From an uncultured Bacteroidota bacterium (GTDB taxonomy: Bacteria > Bacteroidota > Ignavibacteria > Kryptoniales > JAKASW01): a stretch of 64,000 nt of DNA. Under the pieces are notes generated by a model, which was not told the origin of the DNA, ran no database searches, and was given only the letters and a program-made list of their open reading frames with translations. The stretch is taken from positions 3,627,247-3,691,246 of the forward strand of contig OY969888.1 in the NCBI GenBank assembly GCA_963704305.1, in the 5' to 3' direction. The position numbers were made by a program, and so were the translations under genes. Shown here piece after piece: positions 30,131 through 38,467 of this stretch (its first letter is position 1; every line of letters starts with the position of its first letter).

Positions 30131-30312
30131 AATGATCCTGGTTTTAGGTTCGTTGTTCGAAAAACAGTTAGATTCGGATTAGCTGACCTATCAGATAACA
30201 TTTTTTCTGCGTAATAGTGCCCGACAAATAGTCCTTTAACGATTATAATTTCATCCGGGCTTGAAAGAAAAGAGACATGCTTACACGCAACCCTCAAGAG
30301 CACGGATGAACT

Positions 30313-30396
30313 TTGGTTTCCTTCACTTTCCATAACACCCCTGTATCCTGGCACGCTCATCGCTGAAAATGTAACCTGTCATTCCTGCACAGTCAA
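30313..30396 (-). promoter_or_regulatory. Promoter + leaderless ORF module, copy 3
   Basis: TTGACT-17 nt-TACATT-ttcagcg-ATG(30360); ORF MSVPGYRGVMESEGN... runs 77 aa to 30127. Confidence 0.6.
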
Positions 30397-30633
30397 GCTC
30401 CCGATGAGTTCTGCGGTCCGTGTCCTGAGCCCGGTCATTCGAGCCCGGTGCACCATCGTTCTTCCTCAGAACTCAGTCGATCTTGCTGTCCGAACTTCCT
30501 TCAGCCTCAGAAGCAAAAAAATGTTACCTTGTCATTTCTTGTAGATTCTGCCCTAGCTCACTCCGACTTAATACCTGCTCCCTCCAGATGCAACCTGAGC
30601 AGCTGTTTGCGGATGCTGGGTAGTAGCAACCTT

Positions 30634-30671
30634 AAAAACAAAAGCCCGTCCATTGTTGCTGGGACGGGCTT
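30634..30671 (-). terminator. Intrinsic terminator downstream of clpB
   Basis: 10-bp stem AAGCCCGTCC/GGACGGGCTT with a 10-nt loop, running into TTTTGTTTTT on the minus strand. Confidence 0.8.
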
Positions 30672-30696
30672 AAGGAGAGATAGAGTAAGAGCAAAA

Positions 30697-30724
30697 CCTA
30701 AACTCTAAACACGAAATCCTAAAC
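30697..30724. repeat. Degenerate heptamer tandem repeat (x4)
   Basis: CCTAAAC TCTAAAC ACGAAAT CCTAAAC. Confidence 0.55.
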
Positions 30725-30789
30725 GTTATCTTGACAGAATCTTTCTATGCTTCCATAAGCGCTTTTACGCATCCACCTAAAGTGATGTT

Positions 30790-33432
30790 TCATTTCACCA
30801 CTTCGGCAGTCTGAGGTACCTTCTTGAATTCAATCTTCCCCGATTCAGGAATGTCGACCTCAACCGTCTCGCCGGGCTCGAACTCGCCTGCGAGAACCTT
30901 TTCAGCAAGTGGATTCGAAATATATTTCTGGATGGTTCTCTTCAACGGTCGAGCTCCGTATGTCGGATCGTAACCAGCATCCGCGAGAAACAACTTTGCC
31001 CTTTCACTCAGATCCAATTTCATGCTGTTGTTCTCGCTTACTCTGGCTATGATGCTCCTGAGCTGCATGTCGACGATGGCGCGGATTTCGTTTCTCGTCA
31101 GCGGCTTGAACACAATTATCTCGTCGATCCGATTTAGAAATTCCGGCCTGATCGTTTGTTTCAAGAGATTGAATAAGTCGTTTCGCAGACTCTCCATCAT
31201 CTCGGCGCGATCCCGTTCCCGTGTCGTCTCAATTTTCTGTTGAACCAGCTGCGAGCCGAGATTGGACGTCATGATTATTATCGTGTTCTTGAAATTGACA
31301 GTCCTCCCTTTGCTGTCTGTCAATCTTCCTTCATCCAGGACCTGCAATAAGACGTTGAAAACCTCCGGATGAGCCTTTTCAATCTCGTCGAGAAGAACGA
31401 CCGAATACGGCTTTCTTCTGACTGCCTCAGTCAATTGACCGCCTTCTTCATAACCGACATATCCCGGAGGTGCACCGATCAATCGAGAGACTGAGAACTT
31501 CTCCATGTATTCAGACATGTCGATGCGTACCATGGCGTCTTCGTCATCGAATAGGGCTTCAGCCAGGGCACGCGCCAGCTCAGTCTTACCGACGCCGGTC
31601 GAGCCGATAAATATGAACGACCCGATCGGACGTTTCTCATCCTGCAGTCCGGCCCTTGCGCGTCTAACTGCATTCCCGACGGCTGCCACCGCCTCCTCCT
31701 GATCCACCAACCGTTGATGTATCTTCTCTTCAATATGAAGAAGCTTGCTCCTCTCGCTTTCAAGCATCCGTGAGACGGGGATTCCTGTCCAGCGCGATAC
31801 GATCTCCGCTATGTCTTCGGAATCGACCTCTTCTTTCAACATCTTGGTATTTTTCTGAACTTCCCTGAGGCGTTGTGTTGATTCCTTTATCCTTTTCTCA
31901 AGCTCGGTAATCTTCCCATACCTGATTTCGGCGACCTTGCCGAGGTTCCCTTCACGCTCGGCCTTGTCCGATTCCGTCTTCAGGCGATCGATATCCTCTT
32001 TTGATTTCCGAATCGACAGAATCAGATCTTTTTCAATTTGCCAGTGCGCCTTGAGCTGTCCGCTTTGCTCTCTCAAATCGGCGAGCTCCTGTTCGATAAC
32101 GGAGAGTCGCTTCTTGGACTCCTCGTCCTTTTCTCTTCGCACCGCCTCTTTCTCGATCTCGAGTTGCTTGATTTTCCGTTCGACCTCGTCGAGCTCTTCC
32201 GGCAGTGAGTCCATTTCGATTCTCAGCTTCGAGGCAGCCTCGTCGATCAAGTCGATAGCCTTGTCCGGCAGGAACCTGTCTGTGATATATCGATTGCTCA
32301 ATTGTGCTGCTGCTACGATCGCGCCATCGGTAATCCTCACGCCATGATGAACTTCATAACGTTCTTTCAAGCCTCTAAGAATCGATACCGTATCTTCGAC
32401 CGAAGGTTCATCGATCATGATTGGCTGGAATCTTCTTTCAAGCGCCGGATCCTTCTCAATGTACTTGCGATATTCGTTGATAGTCGTGGCTCCGATCGCT
32501 CTCAGTTCACCTCGCGCAAGTGCGGGCTTCAACATGTTCGAGGCATCGACCGAACCCTGAGCGGCTCCAGCTCCCACAAGCGTATGAAGCTCATCCATGA
32601 AAAGTATGATCTCGCCTTCGGACTCGACTACCTCTTTGATAATCGACTTCAGTCTGTCTTCGAATTGTCCCCGGAACGAGGTGCCTGCGACAAGTGTGCC
32701 CATGTCGAGCTGGATAATTCGCTTCGACTTGAGACCGTCAGGTACATCGCCGCTCGCAATTCTCCTGGCAATTCCTTCCACAACCGCCGTCTTTCCTACG
32801 CCCGGATCTCCGATCAGCACAGGATTGTTTTTTGTTCTCCTCGCCAGAACTTGCAGCACTCTCCGTATCTCGTCATCGCGACCTATAACAGGATCGAGCT
32901 TTCCCTTCCTTGCAAGGTCGGTTAAGTCTCTCCCGAACTTCTGCAACGATTGATACTTCTCTTCCGGATTCTGATCCACTACTCTGTTTGTGCCGCGAAT
33001 TTCGCGGAGAGCTTTCAAAACCAAATCCCGGTTGATTCCCTGCGCTGTGAGGATCTTATACGAGTCAGTGTTCCGATCGGTCAGGAAACCGAGGAGCAGA
33101 TGCTCGGTGCTGACGAATTCGTCGCGCATCTGATTGGCTTCCTTCTCTGCAGAATCCAAAAGCTTTGACAGAGGCTGCGAGAGATATTGACTCGCCGTTC
33201 CTCCAGTGGAGATTGTCGGAAACTTCTTTACGGATTCGTTTGTCTTGGAACGAATATAATCGAGATTGGCTCCCGCTTTTTTCAGGATTGAAGCAGGAAT
33301 GCCCTCTTCATCCTGCAGAAGCGCGAGAAGCAGATGCTCGGGCTCGATTGCCTGGTTCTGATTTTCTGTAGCGATAGACTGCGCTCGCTCCAGAGCTTCT
33401 TGCGATTTGATTGTAAGTTTATTTGGGTTCAT
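30790..33432 (-). CDS. clpB: ATP-dependent disaggregase ClpB
   Basis: Two AAA+ modules ([16 protein letters not shown]), long coiled-coil M domain, [14 protein letters not shown]. Confidence 0.97.
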   Translation of the reverse strand: MNPNKLTIKSQEALERAQSIATENQNQAIEPEHLLLALLQDEEGIPASILKKAGANLDYIRSKTNESVKKFPTISTGGTASQYLSQPLSKLLDSAEKEANQMRDEFVSTEHLLLGFLTDRNTDSYKILTAQGINRDLVLKALREIRGTNRVVDQNPEEKYQSLQKFGRDLTDLARKGKLDPVIGRDDEIRRVLQVLARRTKNNPVLIGDPGVGKTAVVEGIARRIASGDVPDGLKSKRIIQLDMGTLVAGTSFRGQFEDRLKSIIKEVVESEGEIILFMDELHTLVGAGAAQGSVDASNMLKPALARGELRAIGATTINEYRKYIEKDPALERRFQPIMIDEPSVEDTVSILRGLKERYEVHHGVRITDGAIVAAAQLSNRYITDRFLPDKAIDLIDEAASKLRIEMDSLPEELDEVERKIKQLEIEKEAVRREKDEESKKRLSVIEQELADLREQSGQLKAHWQIEKDLILSIRKSKEDIDRLKTESDKAEREGNLGKVAEIRYGKITELEKRIKESTQRLREVQKNTKMLKEEVDSEDIAEIVSRWTGIPVSRMLESERSKLLHIEEKIHQRLVDQEEAVAAVGNAVRRARAGLQDEKRPIGSFIFIGSTGVGKTELARALAEALFDDEDAMVRIDMSEYMEKFSVSRLIGAPPGYVGYEEGGQLTEAVRRKPYSVVLLDEIEKAHPEVFNVLLQVLDEGRLTDSKGRTVNFKNTIIIMTSNLGSQLVQQKIETTRERDRAEMMESLRNDLFNLLKQTIRPEFLNRIDEIIVFKPLTRNEIRAIVDMQLRSIIARVSENNSMKLDLSERAKLFLADAGYDPTYGARPLKRTIQKYISNPLAEKVLAGEFEPGETVEVDIPESGKIEFKKVPQTAEVVK

Positions 33433-33464
33433 AGTATTTTCCTAATACCTTAAGGACCCGGATA

Positions 33465-33493
33465 CCTTGCGAAGGTTTGGAACCTTCGCAAGG
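33465..33493. repeat. Perfect 13-bp inverted repeat (REP-like) between dnaK and clpB
   Basis: CCTTGCGAAGGTT-tgg-AACCTTCGCAAGG; no U-tract. Confidence 0.8.
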
Positions 33494-33504
33494 CGGTGCC
33501 GGAG

Positions 33505-35427
33505 TTATTTCTTATCCTTGTCATCAATTATTTCATAGTCTGCGTTTTCTGCTGAAGCTTCCTTCTTTTCACCCGGAGCCTGCTGAGGGCCTTCCTTTGG
33601 CTGGCCGCCCTGTTGGGTCGAGGAAGCTTGCTGTTGATACATATAGGTCGCAGCTTCGCTCCACACTTTGTTTAGCGTTTCGATATCGGATTTCAGTTGA
33701 GAAAGCGGAGCGGTCTTAGCTGAGGCTTCTAACTTCGCGATCGCATCTTCAAGCGGCTTCTTTTTGTCCGCCGGGATCTTGTCGCCGAATTCGGTCAGCT
33801 GTTTCTTGCTCTGGAAGATGAGATTGTCCGCCTGGTTACGCGTCTCGACTTCCTCGCGACGTGTCTTGTCTTCGGCGGCGTGCTCTTCGGCTGCCTTTTT
33901 CATCTTCTCGATTTCCTCTCGGCTCAGTCCACTCGAAGACGTTATCCTGATGCTCTGCTCCTTGCCAGTCGCTTTGTCTTTTGCAGAGACGTGCAAGATG
34001 CCGTTCGCATCGATGTCAAACGCGACTTCGATTTGCGGAACTCCACGCGGTGCCGGCGGCAGACCATCGAGAATGAACCTGCCAAGCGTCCTATTGTCTA
34101 AAGCCATCGGACGTTCGCCCTGCAAGACATTAATCTCGACAGAAGTCTGGCTGTCCGCAGCCGTCGAAAAGATCTCGCTCTTGCGCGTGGGTATGGTAGT
34201 ATTCGCCGGTATCAATGGAGTCATCACACCGCCGAGCGTTTCGATGCCGAGCGAAAGCGGAGTAACATCGAGGAGCAATACATCTTTTATTTCTCCAGTC
34301 AGTACTGCGCCCTGAATGCTCGCACCAACTGCGACGACTTCATCCGGGTTAACTCCCTTGTGAGGCTCTTTGTTGAAAAAGTTTTTTACTACTTCCTGGA
34401 CCTTCGGCATTCGAGTCATTCCGCCGACAAGAATCACTTCGTCAATTTCAGATGGAGTCAACTTCGCATCTGCAAGTGCCTTCTTGACAGGCTCGACTGT
34501 CCTTTGCACCAAGGCATCCACGAGCTGCTCCAGTTTCGCACGGGTCAAAGTCATGTTGAGGTGCTTCGGTCCGTCGGCGGTCGCAGTGATGAATGGCAGA
34601 TTGATCTCCGTCTGAAGCTGCGAGGAAAGTTCCATCTTTGCTTTCTCTGCGGCGTCTCTCAATCTCTGCAATGCCATAGGGTCTTTCCGCAAGTCGATCT
34701 GCTCGAGCTTGTAAAATTCATCAGCGATGTAATCCAGAACCTTCATGTCGAAGTCGTCACCGCCAAGATGGGTATCTCCATTTGTCGATTTGACTTCAAA
34801 CACACCATCGCCGAGTTCGAGAATAGATATGTCAAACGTTCCCCCGCCCAGATCGTAGACTGCGACTTTCAGGTTCTTATTCTTTTTGTCAAGGCCGTAT
34901 GCGAGTGAAGCGGCGGTCGGCTCATTAATGATCCTGCGGACATTAAGACCGGCAATTTCTCCTGCTTCCTTGGTTGCCTGCCGCTGTGCATCGTTGAAAT
35001 ATGCAGGCACGGTTACGACAGCTTCCGTGATCTTTTCACCTAAATAATCTTCCGCGGTCTGCTTCATCTTCTGCAGTATCATCGCGCTGATTTCAGGCGG
35101 TGAATATTGTCTTCCCACAATTTCAACTCGGGCAGAATCGTTTGGTCCGCGCACCACTTTGTACGGAACGCGCGACATCTCTTCTGTCACTTCGTTGTAG
35201 AAGCGTCCCATGAAACGTTTGATTGAAAAGACCGTGTTCTGCGGATTGGTAATACCCTGACGTTTTGCAGGCGATCCTACTAACCACTCGCCAGTCTTAG
35301 ATTGTGCAACCACCGACGGCGTGGTCCGCGCTCCCTCTGAGTTCGCTATCACGGTGGGCGTATTTCCCTCCATGACCGCAACGCACGAGTTCGTCGTGCC
35401 GAGGTCAATGCCAATTATCTTTGCCAT
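33505..35427 (-). CDS. dnaK: Chaperone DnaK
   Basis: [43 protein letters not shown]. Confidence 0.99.
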   Translation of the reverse strand: MAKIIGIDLGTTNSCVAVMEGNTPTVIANSEGARTTPSVVAQSKTGEWLVGSPAKRQGITNPQNTVFSIKRFMGRFYNEVTEEMSRVPYKVVRGPNDSARVEIVGRQYSPPEISAMILQKMKQTAEDYLGEKITEAVVTVPAYFNDAQRQATKEAGEIAGLNVRRIINEPTAASLAYGLDKKNKNLKVAVYDLGGGTFDISILELGDGVFEVKSTNGDTHLGGDDFDMKVLDYIADEFYKLEQIDLRKDPMALQRLRDAAEKAKMELSSQLQTEINLPFITATADGPKHLNMTLTRAKLEQLVDALVQRTVEPVKKALADAKLTPSEIDEVILVGGMTRMPKVQEVVKNFFNKEPHKGVNPDEVVAVGASIQGAVLTGEIKDVLLLDVTPLSLGIETLGGVMTPLIPANTTIPTRKSEIFSTAADSQTSVEINVLQGERPMALDNRTLGRFILDGLPPAPRGVPQIEVAFDIDANGILHVSAKDKATGKEQSIRITSSSGLSREEIEKMKKAAEEHAAEDKTRREEVETRNQADNLIFQSKKQLTEFGDKIPADKKKPLEDAIAKLEASAKTAPLSQLKSDIETLNKVWSEAATYMYQQQASSTQQGGQPKEGPQQAPGEKKEASAENADYEIIDDKDKK

Positions 35428-35551
35428 CTCGTATCTCTCCTTTAATTATTTTCTTTCGATCTTTCTTTCCCGATAACCTCGCAACAGGCGTGCCGCTCGG
35501 GATCTACGTTTTTTCTCGATTCTAACATACTTTAGCGGAACCTTTCTCAGT

Positions 35552-35610
35552 GAGTTTGCCAATTGCTTACCGGAGACTGCCATTATGGCAAACTCTGGCA
35601 ACCCTGTCAA
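35552..35610 (-). promoter_or_regulatory. dnaK promoter with overlapping inverted repeat
   Basis: Minus strand TTGACA-17 nt-CATAAT (35610-35582); GAGTTTGCCA-N24-TGGCAAACTC at 35552-35595. Confidence 0.65.
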
Positions 35611-35620
35611 GAAGCCGAAA

Positions 35621-35649
35621 TTGAATTTTCGTCTGCGGGACTTTATATT
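35621..35649 (+). promoter_or_regulatory. Putative promoter of lutABC, back-to-back with the dnaK promoter
   Basis: TTGAAT-17 nt-TATATT, 11 nt before ATG 35661; no SD. Confidence 0.55.
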
Positions 35650-35660
35650 TTCAAATCTGA

Positions 35661-36431
35661 ATGCGCGTTTTCCTATTCGTTCCATGTTTTGTCGACCAAC
35701 TTTTCCCTAATGTCGCCGTGAGCACGCTCAAGGTACTGAGGCATTTGGGTTGTGAGGTTGTCTTCCCCGAGAATCAGACATGTTGCGGTCAGCCGGCATA
35801 CAACTCCGGCTACTTTGATGAGACACGTCTCATGGCAATCCATGAGATTAATTCATTCCTGAAATTCCGATCTTCGTTGAGTGGTAAAGAAATAGAATTT
35901 GATTTCGAGCATGACTACATCGTTGGTCCATCGGGCTCATGCATAGCGATGATCCGCAATTTTTATCCCAAGTTACTTGCGGATGATCAACGCTACTCCA
36001 ACGTGATGGCAAAATTCACGTCTCGAGTTTTGGAATTCACGGAGTTCATTGCAAACATAATCAAGGTCGAAAACTTCAAAGGGAAATTGGAGGTTTGTGT
36101 ATCATATCATGACTCATGCCATGGTTTGCGCGAACTTGGATTGAAGCAGGAGCCGCGAGATATCCTGAAAAGAATCGAAGGATTGAAATTAACTGAGCTT
36201 CCATTCAAGGAAGTCTGCTGTGGGTTCGGCGGCACATTCTCCATCAAGTTCCCGGAGATCTCTGTCGCAATGGCAGATGACAAGTTAAGCTGCTTCCGCG
36301 ACACAGAGGCAGATATTTTAGTTTCGACAGACACGAGCTGCCTGATGCATTTGCAAGGCCGGGCGAAGCGCATCGGGATGGCAAAGAGATTTGCACACAT
36401 TGCTGAGATCATGGCGGAAAGCATCTCCTGA
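35661..36431 (+). CDS. lutA: Lactate utilisation protein A (CCG-domain Fe-S protein)
   Basis: PCFVD, QTCCGQPAYNSG, YHDSCH, CCGFGGTF, SCLMH. Confidence 0.9.
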   Translation: MRVFLFVPCFVDQLFPNVAVSTLKVLRHLGCEVVFPENQTCCGQPAYNSGYFDETRLMAIHEINSFLKFRSSLSGKEIEFDFEHDYIVGPSGSCIAMIRNFYPKLLADDQRYSNVMAKFTSRVLEFTEFIANIIKVENFKGKLEVCVSYHDSCHGLRELGLKQEPRDILKRIEGLKLTELPFKEVCCGFGGTFSIKFPEISVAMADDKLSCFRDTEADILVSTDTSCLMHLQGRAKRIGMAKRFAHIAEIMAESIS

Positions 36432-37810
36432 TGGAATTAGAAACAAAGCATTTCAAGGAACTGTACAAGAAGGAAATCGCGAACGAGCGACTTCGCCTGA
36501 ACCTCAGGAAGGCAATGATCCAGTCCGTCGACAAACGTGACAAATCACTTGAGGAAGTAGATTTTGAATTTCTGAGAGATCAGGCGAGGATGATCAGACG
36601 GGAGTCGATCACTCATCTTAACGAGTTCCTATCTGAATTTGAAGATGCGGCACAGAAGAATGGTTGCAAGATCTTCTATGCACAGACACCTGAGAAAGCG
36701 AGAGCTTATGTGCTTGACGTTGCGTTGAGACACAAAGCGAAGACGGTCGTCAAGTCGAAGTCGATGGTCACGGAAGAAATTGAGTTGGTTCCCTTTCTCA
36801 GCAAACATGGCGTAGATGCAGTGGAGACTGATCTCGGGGAATATATAGTTCAGCTTGCAGGTGAGAAGCCCTCACACATCACGGCCCCCGCCGTGCACAA
36901 ATCTCGTAAAGAAATTGCGGAGTTATTTCACGAGAAGATCGGCGCTGAGGTCAACTCTGATCCTAAGTATTTGACTTCTGTCGCGCGAAAAGTCCTGAGG
37001 GAGAAATTTCTTTCTGCGGATATGGGAATTTCGGGAGCTAATTTTCTTATTGCTGAGACCGGCGACATAGTCATCGTAGAGAATGAGGGGAACGCACGGC
37101 TGTCAACCTCGTCGGCGAAGGTACACATCGTTGTAACAGGGATCGAAAAGGTAATACCGAAGTTTTCAGATCTGCGGATCTTCATGCGGCTTCTTGGCAG
37201 AAGCAGCACGGGACAGAAGCTGACCAGTTATGTTTCGATCATTCGAAGTGCAAAGAGAAGTGAAGAACCTGATGGCCCGGAAGAGGTTCACATCGTACTT
37301 CTTGACAACGGTCGTAGCGGACTTCTTGGCACCGAGTACCAGGACGTCCTTCACTGCATCAGGTGCGGCGCATGTTTGAATGTCTGTCCTGTGTACCGCA
37401 ACATCGGAGGTCATGCTTACGGTTCAGTTTATCCGGGCCCGATTGGCTCTCTGGTAACGCCCTTATATTATGGGTTGGGAAATGCTCCTGATTTGCCGTT
37501 TGCATCTTCTCTTTGCGGAAATTGCACCGAAGTCTGCCCGGTAGGAATTGATATACACCATCATCTACTTTCTCTCCGCTACGACATTATCCAGGTGAAG
37601 AAGTCATTCCCTGAAAGGTTCTTGTTCAGGAGCTTCAGGAAGACCATGTTGAGACCGGGCCGGTATGAATTGCTGGGACGGCTGGCGCGCCTGTTTTCAA
37701 AGACGATTCTGTTCAACCGGCTTGCGAAGAACTGGACGGCGCATCGAGAGTTCCCGAATATCCCAGCGGCTTCGTTCCGGGAGCTTTACAAATCGAAAAG
37801 ACTCAATTGA
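36431..37810 (+). CDS. lutB: Lactate utilisation protein B (LUD + 4Fe-4S)
   Basis: KSKSMVTEEI, ETDLGEY, PSHITAPA, ENEGN, CIRCGACLNVCP, SLCGNCTEVCP. Confidence 0.92.
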   Translation: MELETKHFKELYKKEIANERLRLNLRKAMIQSVDKRDKSLEEVDFEFLRDQARMIRRESITHLNEFLSEFEDAAQKNGCKIFYAQTPEKARAYVLDVALRHKAKTVVKSKSMVTEEIELVPFLSKHGVDAVETDLGEYIVQLAGEKPSHITAPAVHKSRKEIAELFHEKIGAEVNSDPKYLTSVARKVLREKFLSADMGISGANFLIAETGDIVIVENEGNARLSTSSAKVHIVVTGIEKVIPKFSDLRIFMRLLGRSSTGQKLTSYVSIIRSAKRSEEPDGPEEVHIVLLDNGRSGLLGTEYQDVLHCIRCGACLNVCPVYRNIGGHAYGSVYPGPIGSLVTPLYYGLGNAPDLPFASSLCGNCTEVCPVGIDIHHHLLSLRYDIIQVKKSFPERFLFRSFRKTMLRPGRYELLGRLARLFSKTILFNRLAKNWTAHREFPNIPAASFRELYKSKRLN

Positions 37811-38457
37811 TGGAAGACGATCGCGAAAGAATATTTGCATCGATAAGACGCGGGATCCGCGGCATCGAGAAATTCACTGCGGCAAGAAGCAACCGATCGC
37901 CGATGAAAAGTACGATCAGTCACGACTTCCAATCTCTTTTCGATGCCTTCTCTTCGGAATTGAGGTCACTCGGCGGAGATGCGGTCGCGCTCGAAAGGGA
38001 GGCAGACATTTTGGAATTCGTGCTCGAAAAAACCGGATCCACTGACAACGTTTTTGTTTATGATGGAATATCACGGGACTATGGAACAACCGTTCGAAAA
38101 ATCGGAGAGCAAAGAGCAATAAAGATCTCCACAGAGTTTGATGGGAGCAGACACAGCGCTTCCCTATTCGATGCGGCGATCTCCTCTTGCGCTGCTTGCA
38201 TTGCCGAGACTGGAACTGTCGTGATTGAAAACAGCCCGCGCCTTCCGGCCGCCCTGGCTCCGAAGCTTTTCGTGTTCGCCGACCCGGGAAAACTAATTCC
38301 ATCTTTAGATGATTTTTTCGCTGCTGAATATCGCGATTTTGTCGGTAGTAATTTGTTCCTGATCACCGGGCCGAGTCGAACAGCAGATATAGAGAAAGAG
38401 CTCGTGACAGGCGTGCACGGGCCGAAGGAAGTTTACATAATATTTCTTCAACATTAG
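37807..38457 (+). CDS. lutC: Lactate utilisation protein C (LUD domain)
   Basis: IAETGT, ITGPSRTADIE..LV.GVHGP. Confidence 0.88.
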   Translation: MMEDDRERIFASIRRGIRGIEKFTAARSNRSPMKSTISHDFQSLFDAFSSELRSLGGDAVALEREADILEFVLEKTGSTDNVFVYDGISRDYGTTVRKIGEQRAIKISTEFDGSRHSASLFDAAISSCAACIAETGTVVIENSPRLPAALAPKLFVFADPGKLIPSLDDFFAAEYRDFVGSNLFLITGPSRTADIEKELVTGVHGPKEVYIIFLQH

Positions 38458-38467
38458 CGAGAGGCTG

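Larger units (their letters stand above)
26576..30300. other. AT-rich horizontally acquired segment
   Basis: Sampled 60-mers are 33-40% GC versus about 50% in dnaK; Bacteroidia-type proteins; SD-less AT-rich initiation region before 28873. Confidence 0.75.

Noticed and set aside
30431-30455. TTCGAGCCCGGTGCACCA resembling a tRNA 3' fragment
   Set aside because: The spacing is too short for a T stem plus acceptor strand, and it does not match the tRNA-His sequence
35557-35583. CIRCE upstream of dnaK
   Set aside because: Only one degenerate half-site; the partner at N9 spacing does not match
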